NCBI GenBank assembly: GCA_041690295.1
Contig: JAWLHR010000003.1
Coordinates: forward strand, 64,001-128,000
Origin: Bdellovibrionales bacterium
GTDB taxonomy: Bacteria; Bdellovibrionota; Bdellovibrionia; Bdellovibrionales; UBA1609
DNA: 64,000 bases
Direction: 5' to 3'
Shown: positions 8,533 to 18,623 of the stretch, one piece after another
Layout: the number at the start of each line of letters is the position of its first letter
Position numbering within the stretch: position 1 is the stretch's first letter
Made by a program: the position numbers and the translations under genes
The notes under the pieces: model-generated
What the model was told of the DNA's origin: nothing
Databases searched by the model: none
What the model saw: the letters and a program-made list of their open reading frames with translations, nothing else

Positions 8533-10467
8533 CTATTTGTAACTGCGTTGAGTCGGTTTCACATATTCGAATTCCAGAGGTTCCTTATACGCTTTCCACT
8601 CCGGCGTATCCCCGTTGCCGACAAAGCTCCAAGCCGTCACGTGACAGAAATTTTCATCATCACGCTTCGCCTCGTTGTCCGGCGTCTGATGTTCCTCGCG
8701 GAAATGACCGCCGCAGGATTCTTCGCGCTGTAAAGCATCCATCGCCATCAACTCACCAAGTTCAAGGAAGTCCGCGACCCGGCCGGCTTTCTCAAGCTCA
8801 CTGTTCTTGAAGTTTCTTTCTCCCGTCACCTTCACTTCGTTCCAGAATTTGGCGCGCAGGTTTCGGATATCATCAATCGCTGATTTGAGTCCGGCCGCAT
8901 TTCGTGACATGCCCACTTTGTTCCACATGATCTCGCCCAATTGCTTATGCAATTCATCGACCGAGTACTGACCTTTGATGGAGAGAAGTTTGTTCAACCG
9001 GTTCGTCACTTCTTCACGGCTGGCCTTGAAGGCGTCGTGATTGGTGTCGACTTTCGGCAGTGGATGGGACGCGAGATAATCGCCGATCGTGTAAGGAATG
9101 ATGAAGTATCCGTCGGCCAAACCCTGCATCAGAGCCGAAGCGCCCAAACGATTGGCTCCGTGATCGGAGAAATTCGCCTCACCCAAAACATGCAGCCCCG
9201 GAACCGTGCTCATCAGGTTGTAATCCACCCATAAGCCACCCATAGTGTAGTGCACCGCCGGATAGATCCGCATGGGAACTTCATAGGGGTTTTCACCGGT
9301 GATCTTGTGATACATGTCGAAGAGGTTGCCGTACTTTTCTTCGATTGCTTTCCGACCCAACCGCTTAATGGCATCGGCGAAATCGAGGTAGACCGCCTCA
9401 CCGGTGGGACCTACGCCACGGCCTTCATCCACTCGAAACTTCGCCTGGCGGGAAGCCACATCGCGCGGAACCAAGTTCCCGAAGCTGGGGTAAATTCTCT
9501 CAAGGTAGTAGTCCCGTTCAGATTCAGGGATTTCCTGAGGCTTGCGCTTATCACCTTTGTTCTTGGGAACCCATACCCGTCCGTCGTTGCGCAGCGACTC
9601 GGACATGAGAGTCAATTTCGATTGGTATGATCCCGATCGGGGAATACACGTCGGGTGAATTTGAGTGAAGCAGGGGTTACCGAAGTAAGCGCCGCGACGG
9701 TGACAACGCCATGAGGCGGTCACGTTGGAGTTCATCGCGTTGGTCGAAAGAAAGTAAACATTTCCGTAACCGCCGGTGCAAAGCAGAACGGCGTCACCGG
9801 CATGGGATTCAATCTCACCGGTGATCAGATTCCGAACGGTGATCCCACAGGCCACGCCATCAATCACCACTAAGTCCAACATCTCGCGCCGTGGATACAT
9901 TTCCACCTGTTTGCGATCAATTTGTCGATTCAAGCTGGCATAGGCGCCGAGAAGGAGCTGCTGACCGGTTTGACCCCGAGCATAAAAAGTTCGCGAAACC
10001 TGAGCGCCGCCAAATGAACGGTTATCCAGAAGCCCGCCATATTCACGAGCAAAGGGCACACCGAGCGCCACGCAATGATCGATGATGTCGACCGACACTT
10101 GCGCCAGTCGATAAACGTTGCTTTCACGAGCCCGGAAATCGCCACCTTTCACGGTGTCATAGAACAAACGGTAAACCGAATCGCCGTCGTTGGAATAATT
10201 CTTCGCGGCGTTAATTCCCCCTTGAGCGGCAATGGAATGGGCCCGTCTCGGTGAGTCATGGATGCAGAACGCCTTCACCTTGTAACCCAGTTCACCCAAG
10301 CTGCTCGCGGCCGACGCGCCAGCCAATCCGGTGCCCACAACAATGATCGTGTGCTTGCGCTTATTCGCCGGATTCACCAGCTTCATATTGAATTTGTGTC
10401 GCTCCCAGCGAGTTTCAATCGGTCCGGTTGGACAACGGGAATTGAGCTTAGAATTAACTTCCGACAT
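8533..10467 (-). CDS. sdhA: Succinate dehydrogenase/fumarate reductase flavoprotein subunit
   Basis: 'GTGLAG', '[13 protein letters not shown]', 'QIHPT', 'HYTMGG', 'HGANRLG'. Confidence 0.97.
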   Translation of the reverse strand: MSEVNSKLNSRCPTGPIETRWERHKFNMKLVNPANKRKHTIIVVGTGLAGASAASSLGELGYKVKAFCIHDSPRRAHSIAAQGGINAAKNYSNDGDSVYRLFYDTVKGGDFRARESNVYRLAQVSVDIIDHCVALGVPFAREYGGLLDNRSFGGAQVSRTFYARGQTGQQLLLGAYASLNRQIDRKQVEMYPRREMLDLVVIDGVACGITVRNLITGEIESHAGDAVLLCTGGYGNVYFLSTNAMNSNVTASWRCHRRGAYFGNPCFTQIHPTCIPRSGSYQSKLTLMSESLRNDGRVWVPKNKGDKRKPQEIPESERDYYLERIYPSFGNLVPRDVASRQAKFRVDEGRGVGPTGEAVYLDFADAIKRLGRKAIEEKYGNLFDMYHKITGENPYEVPMRIYPAVHYTMGGLWVDYNLMSTVPGLHVLGEANFSDHGANRLGASALMQGLADGYFIIPYTIGDYLASHPLPKVDTNHDAFKASREEVTNRLNKLLSIKGQYSVDELHKQLGEIMWNKVGMSRNAAGLKSAIDDIRNLRAKFWNEVKVTGERNFKNSELEKAGRVADFLELGELMAMDALQREESCGGHFREEHQTPDNEAKRDDENFCHVTAWSFVGNGDTPEWKAYKEPLEFEYVKPTQRSYK

Positions 10468-10470
10468 GAA

Positions 10471-11151
10471 TCAGCCTCGGTAGATAAAATAAACGTAGAG
10501 CGGTTGAATAATGAATCCTATGCCGACCACCAACGCGTAGACCCAACTCGCTCGACGAACAGTTTTTTGATGGCGCGGAAAATGGACTCCGAAAGTCTGA
10601 AACGAGGACGCGATTCCATGGCTCAGGTGCAGAAGCAATGCGATGAGCGCCACGACATACCACATGACGTATCCCGGCTTCTGAAAGACCTCGATCACCA
10701 GCCGGTGGAGATCCCGGATTTCACCTTTGCCATAGTCGACCGTGTAGTAGGTGCCGTACTTGAACGTGGCCAAATGAAGCACCAAAAACACGAAAATTAA
10801 TAGCCCCTGCGGCCATAATGTTCTTTGAATCCAGGAAGTGCCTTTTTCGCCATGGGGAAGCACCGCATACCGAGTCGTGCGGGCACGAATGTTCTCGATC
10901 GAGATTTTGCTGGCCACCACCAAATGGCCGAGGAAGAACACCACCAAACCCGCTTCGGCCAGGTAAATCAGTGGATTGCTGATCAGCGCATGGGAGTATT
11001 CATTGTAAACCTGCGGACCGACCAGAATCAGGAGATTTCCCGCCATGTGCATGAGAACGAAAAAGCTTAATCCTAATCCCGTCAGTCCGATTATCTGCTT
11101 GCGACCGATGTTGGACGTGATCCATCGGTGCGATTGATTTTGTCTATTCAC
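10471..11151 (-). CDS. sdhC: Succinate dehydrogenase cytochrome b558 subunit
   Basis: Five TM helices with heme-ligand His residues ('MHMAGN', 'GH', 'VLHL', 'LHLSHG'); probable GTG start 11151. Confidence 0.92.
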   Translation of the reverse strand: MNRQNQSHRWITSNIGRKQIIGLTGLGLSFFVLMHMAGNLLILVGPQVYNEYSHALISNPLIYLAEAGLVVFFLGHLVVASKISIENIRARTTRYAVLPHGEKGTSWIQRTLWPQGLLIFVFLVLHLATFKYGTYYTVDYGKGEIRDLHRLVIEVFQKPGYVMWYVVALIALLLHLSHGIASSFQTFGVHFPRHQKTVRRASWVYALVVGIGFIIQPLYVYFIYRG

Positions 11152-11230
11152 CTTGTTGCCCCAACGATTGACTTTCTTCTGATTACCCCACAAAAACACA
11201 AGGTGTCCAGCCTACATCTCGAGGGATTAA

Positions 11231-12004
11231 ATGAAGATTTTTGTGTGTTTAAAGCAGGTTCCCGACACCGAGACAAGGATTCAGATCAAGTCTGACCGCT
11301 CCGGAATCGAGGAAACCGGAATTAAGTGGGTGATGAATCCATATGATGAGTTCGCGGTCGAAGAGGCCCTGAAACTGAAAGAGGCCAAAGGTGCCGGAAC
11401 CATCACTGTGGTTTCGGTGGGTCCGAAAGCGCGAGTGACTGAAGCGATCCGGACCGCGTTGGCGATGGGGGCTGATGACGGGCTTGTGATCGACACAACG
11501 GAGTATCTGGACACGTTCCAAACGGCGCAGGCTTTAGCCGGAGCGATCAAGAAGGAAGGTTCGTTCGATTACGTCTTCACCGGCAAGCTCGCGATTGATG
11601 ACAATGCGGCGAGCGTTCCCCAAATCCTCGCCGAATTCTTGAATGTTCCGCACGTGACGGTTGTTTCCAAATTCACTCCCGGTTCACCGACAGTGGTGGA
11701 GCGCGAAACCGAAGGCGGTACCCGCGAAGTTTTTACCATCGAAGGCCCGTGTGTCGTGGCCTGTAACAAAGGTTTGAATACGCCTCGCTACGCCAGCCTG
11801 CCCGGCATTATGAAAGCCAAAAAGAAACCGATTAAAGAGATGACTCTGGCGGACGCGGGTGTCGCACCCTCGCAAATCAAAGTGCGACTTAAAGATTTCC
11901 AACTTCCGCCGGAGAAGCCGCAAGTGAAGATGATCAGCGGCGATGCGGCCACACAAGCCAAGGAGTTGGTGCGGTTGCTAATGGAAGAAGCCAAGGTTTT
12001 ATAA
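11231..12004 (+). CDS. etfB: Electron transfer flavoprotein beta subunit
   Basis: 'KQVPDT', 'MNPYDEFAVEEAL', 'ALAMGAD', 'PRYASLPGIMKAKKK'. Confidence 0.96.
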   Translation: MKIFVCLKQVPDTETRIQIKSDRSGIEETGIKWVMNPYDEFAVEEALKLKEAKGAGTITVVSVGPKARVTEAIRTALAMGADDGLVIDTTEYLDTFQTAQALAGAIKKEGSFDYVFTGKLAIDDNAASVPQILAEFLNVPHVTVVSKFTPGSPTVVERETEGGTREVFTIEGPCVVACNKGLNTPRYASLPGIMKAKKKPIKEMTLADAGVAPSQIKVRLKDFQLPPEKPQVKMISGDAATQAKELVRLLMEEAKVL

Positions 12005-12015
12005 AGGAAACCACC

Positions 12016-12981
12016 ATGTCGAAAGTCTTTGTTTTTATTGAAGGTCAAAATGAAATCAAAAAAGGTGGCCTTGAGCTCCTCACCGCCGGCAAAAATTCCG
12101 GCCGCGAAGTCGTCGCCGGCGCGGTAGGGGCGAGTGCGAAAGCTCTCGCCGCGCAAGCGGGGAAATACGGCGCCTCGTCTGTTTTCGTCTGCGAAGCGGC
12201 AGGTCTGGCGGATTACAATCCGGCTCAGTACGCCGACGTGCTGACCGCGATGATTAAAGAGTCGGGAGCGGAAGTGGTATTAGCGTCGGCGACCGCCTTG
12301 GCCCGCGATCTTTTCCCTCGCGTGGCCGCCCGATTAAATTCCGGTTTGGCCAGCGATTGCACCACGCTTGAAATGACGGCTTCTGAATTAAAAGTGCGTC
12401 GCCCGCTTTATGCCGGCAAGTGCACGGCGGAAGTGGAGTTCGTGGACAGCCCGATTAAATTCGTTTTGATGCGCGCCAATCAGTTGCCGGTGGGAACTCC
12501 GGATGAGGCGAAGTCGGCAAGCGTTCGTGAATTCCCTGCGCCCGCGGAAAGCGCCGCGATTAAAACCAAAGAAGTGGTGAAAGGCGCGTCCAGTAAAGCT
12601 GACCTCACGGAAGCTAACGTCATCGTGTCCGGCGGCCGGGGCATGCAAGGTCCGGAGCATTTCAAGCTCCTTGACGATTTAGCCTCAGTCATCGGCGCGA
12701 CAGTGGGTGCCTCTCGCGCGGTCGCGGATGCCGGTTGGGTACCCCATAGCATGCAGGTCGGCCAGACTGGAAAAACCGTCGCACCGAGTTTGTATATCGC
12801 CGTGGGTATTTCCGGCGCCATTCAACACTTGGCGGGAATGAGTGGAAGTAAGGTGATCGTGGCCATTAACAAAGACCCGGACGCGCCGATTTTCCAAAAG
12901 TCGACCTATGGTTTGGTCGGTGATTTATTTGAGATCGTTCCCAAACTGACTGAAGAGTTTAAGAAAGCTCTGCACAAGTAA
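12016..12981 (+). CDS. etfA: Electron transfer flavoprotein alpha subunit
   Basis: 'VSGGRG', 'GASRA', 'QVGQTGKTV', 'GISGAIQH', 'AINKD'. Confidence 0.96.
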   Translation: MSKVFVFIEGQNEIKKGGLELLTAGKNSGREVVAGAVGASAKALAAQAGKYGASSVFVCEAAGLADYNPAQYADVLTAMIKESGAEVVLASATALARDLFPRVAARLNSGLASDCTTLEMTASELKVRRPLYAGKCTAEVEFVDSPIKFVLMRANQLPVGTPDEAKSASVREFPAPAESAAIKTKEVVKGASSKADLTEANVIVSGGRGMQGPEHFKLLDDLASVIGATVGASRAVADAGWVPHSMQVGQTGKTVAPSLYIAVGISGAIQHLAGMSGSKVIVAINKDPDAPIFQKSTYGLVGDLFEIVPKLTEEFKKALHK

Positions 12982-12986
12982 TTTGA

Positions 12987-13628
12987 ATGATCCGTCGCTA
13001 CATTTTGCCCCGGATCGCTTGGGCCTTCTATCGTATCTGGACCGCCACATGGCGAGTGAAGTTGATTGAATCTCCGGGGCTCGTCGCCGCGAAAAATGCC
13101 GGTGAAAGATTGATTTTCGCCCATTGGCATGGCCACGAGCTGGCCATTTTGCCTCTTGTCAGACCTTATCGAATCGCCACCATGACTTCGACGAGTAAGG
13201 ATGGAGAAATCATCGATTTTGCGATTCGTCGTTTCGGTGGAGCTACCAGTCGTGGCTCCAGTACACGAGGTGGAATCAGTGCGTTGAAAGGACTCATTCG
13301 TCTGATGGGCGAAGGCTATCGCGCTTCAATGGCCGTTGATGGACCAAAGGGCCCTTTGCATGTGGTGAAACCCGGCGTGTTTGAAGTTTCCCGTTTGGGT
13401 GGAGCGCGCATTGTTCCCATGGCCGTGGCGACAGATCGAGCCATCGTGTTCACCAAGTCGTGGAATAAAGCGATCTTGCCAAAACCCTTCGCGCGCGTGA
13501 CGGTCTTTTTCTCCGAACCTTGGCCCGCGATCGATAAATCGACATCACCCAAGGATCCACAACTCGCGCAACGCTTGGCCAATGAGATTGCAAGCGCTTG
13601 CCAGACCGCATCAGGTCACCTACGATAA
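12987..13628 (+). CDS. DUF374/lysophospholipid acyltransferase-family protein
   Basis: 'HWHG', 'S.SKDGE', 'RGSSTRGG', 'DGPKGP', 'KSWN..LPKPF'. Confidence 0.85.
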   Translation: MIRRYILPRIAWAFYRIWTATWRVKLIESPGLVAAKNAGERLIFAHWHGHELAILPLVRPYRIATMTSTSKDGEIIDFAIRRFGGATSRGSSTRGGISALKGLIRLMGEGYRASMAVDGPKGPLHVVKPGVFEVSRLGGARIVPMAVATDRAIVFTKSWNKAILPKPFARVTVFFSEPWPAIDKSTSPKDPQLAQRLANEIASACQTASGHLR

Positions 13629-13633
13629 TCTCC

Positions 13634-14443
13634 ATGAAAAATTTAATATGGATTGGCCTGCTGTCGATATATTCCGCTCAAGCTCAAACCCTGGCCACCG
13701 TTGGCAATGCCAAAATCACCGCCAGTGAATTCAAACGAAAATTGCAAGAGATAGAAAGTCAGGCGATCAACCCACCGAGCGCCGAACAATTCCTGGAAGA
13801 TTTGATCCGGTTTGAAATCGGCGTGCAGGAAGCCGAGAAACTCAAATTGCAAAACGACCCGCAGGTAAAAGAGCGAATTCGCCAAGTGCTGTACAACGCG
13901 CTTCTTGAAAAACAAGTGGGCGCGAAAGTGAATAATATCAAAATCACCGAAAGGGAAATGCGCGAGTTTTACAAAAAGAACCCAGAGATTCGGCTCGCGC
14001 ACATCTTGATTGATGTTAAAGAGAACGCCAAGCCGGAAGAGCGGGAGTTGGTGCGCAAAAGGGCACTGGAAATCCTCGGTGAAGTCAAAAAATCCAAACG
14101 ACCGTTCGAGGATTTAGTGAAACTGTACAGTGATGACGTCGCCACCAAGGAAACGGGCGGCGATATCGGATTTCAGTCGCGTGTGACTCTGGCACCGATG
14201 ATTTACGAAGAAGCCGTGGCCATGAAGCCGGGGGAAATCAAGGGGCTCATCGAAACCCGTTTCGGTTTTCATATCATCAAGGTTCTCGACCGGCGTTCCT
14301 ATGATCTCGCCGATAAGCATCAAGTCAGGGCCGCGCTCTTTGATGAGAAGCGCGCTCAAGCCTTTAACAACTATTTTGAACAAGTTAAGAAGAATTACAA
14401 TATCAGTATCAACAAAGACAGTTTGAACTCTTTGGCCAAGTGA
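13634..14443 (+). CDS. Exported parvulin-type peptidyl-prolyl isomerase
   Basis: Signal peptide; 'RLAHILI', 'FEDLVKLYSDD..GGDIG', 'ETRFGFHIIKV'. Confidence 0.9.
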   Translation: MKNLIWIGLLSIYSAQAQTLATVGNAKITASEFKRKLQEIESQAINPPSAEQFLEDLIRFEIGVQEAEKLKLQNDPQVKERIRQVLYNALLEKQVGAKVNNIKITEREMREFYKKNPEIRLAHILIDVKENAKPEERELVRKRALEILGEVKKSKRPFEDLVKLYSDDVATKETGGDIGFQSRVTLAPMIYEEAVAMKPGEIKGLIETRFGFHIIKVLDRRSYDLADKHQVRAALFDEKRAQAFNNYFEQVKKNYNISINKDSLNSLAK

Positions 14444-15393
14444 ACTTGAAACTCGCTTACCTCATCCCTATTTTTGTTGTGAGCGCCTGTACGTGGAACA
14501 AGCCTTCGTTGAAAAACAAGGTGATTGTGGACATCAATGGCCACCAGCTGACCGCCGAAGCGTTCTCACGTGAGCTGGCCTTCCGTCTCCGCGATCAAGA
14601 CGCCCTGTCGGTCAAGAATCCCAAGAACCTGGCTCGTGTGAAGGCCAGCATCGTTGAAGATTTCATTGTTCAGGCGATCAATGAGGAATGGGCCCGTGAA
14701 AATAACATCATCGTTAAAGCCGAAGATTTAGAGAAAGAAATCAGGCTTGTACAAAACAGTTATCCGGATGACTTATCATTCCGGCAGGCGTTAGCCGAAC
14801 AAGGCCTGACCTTCCGCGAGTGGAAAGAACGTCTGCACCAAACCGTTTTACAAAAGCTGGTCTCCTATCAGGTAAGTAATGACCTCACGCCGCCGACGGA
14901 AGCGGAGATGCAGAACTATTACAAAGAAAACACGATGAAGTTCGCGGTGCGCGAGATGGCGCAAATCCGGCAGGTCGTGGTGGCGACGGAAAGTGACGCC
15001 ACCGCCATCGAAGCGGAATTGAAGCGCGGAAAGCGCATGACCGATCTGGCGAAAAAATACTCGATATCACCCGAGGGCCCGAAGGGCGGAGTCGTCGGCT
15101 GGGTCGAAAAAGGCCTCACGGAAATTTTCGAACTGGCGTTTCGCATGCGTCCGGGACAACGCAGCCCGATCGTAAAAAGTTCTTTCGGTTACCATATTTT
15201 CGAAGTGATCGGCCGCAAACCCGCGCACACACAGCCCTACAACGAGGCCAAAAACGAAATTAAACGCATTTTGATGGAAAAAAAGAAGCAATCCCTTTAT
15301 CTTTCGTGGCTGGAAGAGCGGGTTCGCAAGGCTCGCGTGTTCAAGGATCAAGCGTTTATTGACGCCATAAAAGTGGAGACGAAGATCCAGTGA
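14440..15393 (+). CDS. SurA/PrsA-like PPIase, probable lipoprotein
   Basis: Lipobox-like 'VSAC'; SurA-N-like helical region; 'LAKKYS..PEG..GG', 'SSFGYHIFEV'. Confidence 0.88.
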   Translation: MNLKLAYLIPIFVVSACTWNKPSLKNKVIVDINGHQLTAEAFSRELAFRLRDQDALSVKNPKNLARVKASIVEDFIVQAINEEWARENNIIVKAEDLEKEIRLVQNSYPDDLSFRQALAEQGLTFREWKERLHQTVLQKLVSYQVSNDLTPPTEAEMQNYYKENTMKFAVREMAQIRQVVVATESDATAIEAELKRGKRMTDLAKKYSISPEGPKGGVVGWVEKGLTEIFELAFRMRPGQRSPIVKSSFGYHIFEVIGRKPAHTQPYNEAKNEIKRILMEKKKQSLYLSWLEERVRKARVFKDQAFIDAIKVETKIQ

Positions 15394-16343
15394 TAAAACG
15401 CTTATTAATTTTAGCGATGCTTGCCCCCTGGTGGCTTCATGCGCGCACCGTGGACAAAATCGTCGCGATCGTGAATGAACAGATCATAACGTTGTCGGAC
15501 GTGGAGAAATACCGAAAGCGCCTCGCGGGTGGTGGATTGGTCGACGATGCCCTTATCCGATTGAGCGACGCGAATCAGCTCCAACGGGACCGGAACGCCT
15601 TATTGAATCACTTGATCGACGAAAAGCTGCTTGATTCGGAAGTGAAGCGAAAGAATCTCGAGGTGACGATTGAGCGGGTTGAACAGGAGATCCGTAATAT
15701 CGCCAAGAACAATCAGGTTTCGCGCCAACAGCTTGTGAGCGCGCTCCGCGCGCGTGGCGTTTCCATGTCGGAGTATCAGGATTTCATTAAAACCAGTCTT
15801 GAGCGGCAAGCTTTGATCGAGCGGGAAGTGACCAGCAAGATCCGCATCACCGATGAGGATATCACAACTCATTATCTGGCCAAGAAGGGCGCTTCGGGCG
15901 CGCAGGTTTTTGAGTACACTCTCGCCCACATTCTCTTTTCGCCCAAAACCGGCGGTGAAGCCGCCGCCTTGGATCGCGCCAAGAAAGTGGAAGAAAAGCT
16001 TAAAGCGGGAAACACATTTGAAAAATTGGCCGAACAGTTCAGCGAAGATCCCAATTTTACCAAGGGCGGAATTCTCGGAACGTTCAAAGCGGGAGAGATG
16101 CTGAAGGAGTTCGAGGACACTGTCCGCAAAATGGGACCCGGAGATGTTTCACCAATCATCAAAACCGCCAATGGTTATCACATTTTGAAGGTCGTAAAAC
16201 GCACTCTCATTTCCGATCCCAAACTCGAGGAAGAGCGGCCGCGAATCCATGCCCAAATCTATGCGGCGGAATTCAAGCGGCAATTCCGGCTGTGGTTGAA
16301 TCAAAAACGTGATGAATCCTTCATCAAAATCAACGGCTTCTAA
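15390..16343 (+). CDS. surA: SurA-like chaperone/PPIase
   Basis: 'VDKIVAIVNEQIITLSD' SurA N-terminus; one parvulin domain; directly upstream of pdxA. Confidence 0.88.
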   Translation: MIKRLLILAMLAPWWLHARTVDKIVAIVNEQIITLSDVEKYRKRLAGGGLVDDALIRLSDANQLQRDRNALLNHLIDEKLLDSEVKRKNLEVTIERVEQEIRNIAKNNQVSRQQLVSALRARGVSMSEYQDFIKTSLERQALIEREVTSKIRITDEDITTHYLAKKGASGAQVFEYTLAHILFSPKTGGEAAALDRAKKVEEKLKAGNTFEKLAEQFSEDPNFTKGGILGTFKAGEMLKEFEDTVRKMGPGDVSPIIKTANGYHILKVVKRTLISDPKLEEERPRIHAQIYAAEFKRQFRLWLNQKRDESFIKINGF

Positions 16344-17235
16344 ACCGATACGAATCGCCATCACCACGGGCGATCCCGATGGCATTGGTTGGGAGGTCAC
16401 GGCCAAGGCGCTCAACCAAATCGGGCCGCGCCGGGGAATTCATTATACGGTTTTTTGCCCTCGCGATCAGAACTTGCGGCCGAAGCTCTCGAAGGACTTG
16501 AAGAAAGTCATTTCTCTAGAAGAGGAGACCGAATCCGCGGCGCGATGGGTGGAGCGGGCGGCCGAAGGCTGTCTCGCAGGTGAGTTCGACGCGCTTGTCA
16601 CGGCCCCGCTTTCCAAAACTTCGATTATTGAGTCCGGGTTGCGGGATATCGGTCACACCGAAATCTTGGCGCGCATCAGCGGTCGCCATGATCTGTTCAT
16701 GGCTTTTATGGGCGCCAAATTCAATGTGATCTTGGCCACTGGCCATTTACCGCTCTCGGAAGCGCTAAAGCGAATCGATTCGGATTTGATGGAGAAAGCC
16801 CTTCATGCCGCCCGTGATTTTAAGAACGCTTTGTCCAAATCCAGACAAGCTCTTCCTTTTGCGCTTGTTGGCGTGAATCCGCATTCCGGTGAAAACGGTT
16901 TGATCGGATCCGAGGAAATCGCGCTGCGAGAATGGGTGTCCCGAACCAACGGGGAAGTGGTTGGCCCGCTTGTCCCTGACGCCGCTTTTCTACCAAAGAA
17001 TTGGCCATTGTACGCCGGTTACATTTCGCTCTATCATGACCAGGGACTGATCCCATTTAAAATGGCGCACGGATTTAGCGATGGCGTGCATTTGACTCTG
17101 GGTTTGCCCTTTGTCAGAACGAGCGTGGATCATGGAACAGCCAAAGAGCTGTTCGGTAAAAACAAAGCGGATCCAGGTTCAATGAAAAAAGCGATCTTAG
17201 CCGCTGTTCGCCTTGCGAGTCATCCGCGACACTGA
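16312..17235 (+). CDS. pdxA: 4-hydroxythreonine-4-phosphate dehydrogenase
   Basis: 'GDPDGIG', 'GHTE', 'NPHSGE', 'YHDQGLIPFK', 'RTSVDHGTA'. Confidence 0.95.
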   Translation: MNPSSKSTASKPIRIAITTGDPDGIGWEVTAKALNQIGPRRGIHYTVFCPRDQNLRPKLSKDLKKVISLEEETESAARWVERAAEGCLAGEFDALVTAPLSKTSIIESGLRDIGHTEILARISGRHDLFMAFMGAKFNVILATGHLPLSEALKRIDSDLMEKALHAARDFKNALSKSRQALPFALVGVNPHSGENGLIGSEEIALREWVSRTNGEVVGPLVPDAAFLPKNWPLYAGYISLYHDQGLIPFKMAHGFSDGVHLTLGLPFVRTSVDHGTAKELFGKNKADPGSMKKAILAAVRLASHPRH

Positions 17236-17248
17236 AAGGAGCGAAACG

Positions 17249-18622
17249 ATGAAAATGAACCCAGTGATTTTCCGCGAGTATGACATCCGTGGCGTATACA
17301 ATACCGACTTCGACCGCGAATTCGCCTTCAATCTGGGTCGCGCTTTCGTGACATATGTTCGCGTCCGCTCCAGCGTGCGCGAACCCCGATTGACCTTGGG
17401 ACATGATGCGCGCTTGTCATCACCGGAAATCGCCGGCGCTCTTAGCGAAGGCATCCGCTCTTCCGGCGGGCACGTGATCTTATTGGGATTGGTTACATCT
17501 CCGATCAGCTATTTTTCCACGTTCACGGTTGAAAACGTGCAAGGCGGAATCATGGTAACGGGTTCGCACAATCCTCCGGAATACAATGGCTTTAAAATTT
17601 CATACAATCGTTCCACCATTTTCGGTGATGAGATCAAACAACTTGAGAAGATCATTAACAGCGACGATTTCAGCAGCGGCTCCGGGAGCGAGGAATCCAT
17701 CGATATTCTGACCCCCTATGTTGAGCGGTACAAAAAAGAGTTCGGCCAGATGACGCCGGTTCCACTCGTGCTCGACTGCGGAAACGGTGCCGCCGGTTGC
17801 ATCGCTCGACGCCTTTACGAGGCGGTCGGACTTTCCCCCACGATTTTGTTTGAAGAACCGGACGGCCGCTTTCCCAATCATCATCCGGATCCCACAGTGG
17901 AGTCCAATCTCGCCGATTTAAAGAAAGAGGTTCAGCGTACCGGCGCGAAGCTCGGCATCGGATTCGACGGCGATGCCGATCGAATCGGACTGGTCGATCA
18001 CAACGGAAAGTATGTTCTTGGCGATGAAATGATGGTCTTGATCGCGCAGGATATTCTGAAAACGAATAAAGGCGCGAAGATCATCGGTGATGTGAAATGT
18101 TCGGACCGCATGTTTGAGTTCATCCGTCAGCATAACGGAAAGCCGATCATGTGGAAAACCGGGCACTCACTGATTAAAGAAAAAGTGAGAGTCGAAAAGG
18201 CGCCGTTCGGCGGGGAACTGAGTGGTCATATCTTTTTCGCCGATCGCAACTACGGTTATGACGATGCTCTTTACGCGGGCTTAAGGGTGGTCGAAATTCT
18301 GGGTCGAACCGGTTCAGATATCCCCAGCCTGCTGTCTTCTTTGCCACCATCTTATAACACTCCCGAAATCCGCATCGACACGACGGAGGAGAAGAAGCAC
18401 TTGATCGTGAATCGATTGAAGGAAGCGTTCTCACGTCCATCCACCGACTACTCGGTCAATTTGATCGACGGCATCCGGGTCAGCTTCGCTGATGGATGGG
18501 CCCTGGCACGCGCTTCAAACACACAACCGGTTTTGGTCCTGCGATTTGAATCCACTTCTGAAGAGGGATTGGCTCGGATTCGCGGACTGTTCGAATCGGT
18601 GGTGAATCCGCTTTTAAAATAA
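17249..18622 (+). CDS. Phosphomannomutase/phosphoglucomutase (AlgC-like)
   Basis: 'FREYDIRG', 'TGSHNP', 'DGDADR', 'GELSGH', 'RASNTQP'; SD AAGGAG. Confidence 0.95.
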   Translation: MKMNPVIFREYDIRGVYNTDFDREFAFNLGRAFVTYVRVRSSVREPRLTLGHDARLSSPEIAGALSEGIRSSGGHVILLGLVTSPISYFSTFTVENVQGGIMVTGSHNPPEYNGFKISYNRSTIFGDEIKQLEKIINSDDFSSGSGSEESIDILTPYVERYKKEFGQMTPVPLVLDCGNGAAGCIARRLYEAVGLSPTILFEEPDGRFPNHHPDPTVESNLADLKKEVQRTGAKLGIGFDGDADRIGLVDHNGKYVLGDEMMVLIAQDILKTNKGAKIIGDVKCSDRMFEFIRQHNGKPIMWKTGHSLIKEKVRVEKAPFGGELSGHIFFADRNYGYDDALYAGLRVVEILGRTGSDIPSLLSSLPPSYNTPEIRIDTTEEKKHLIVNRLKEAFSRPSTDYSVNLIDGIRVSFADGWALARASNTQPVLVLRFESTSEEGLARIRGLFESVVNPLLK

Positions 18623-18623
18623 A

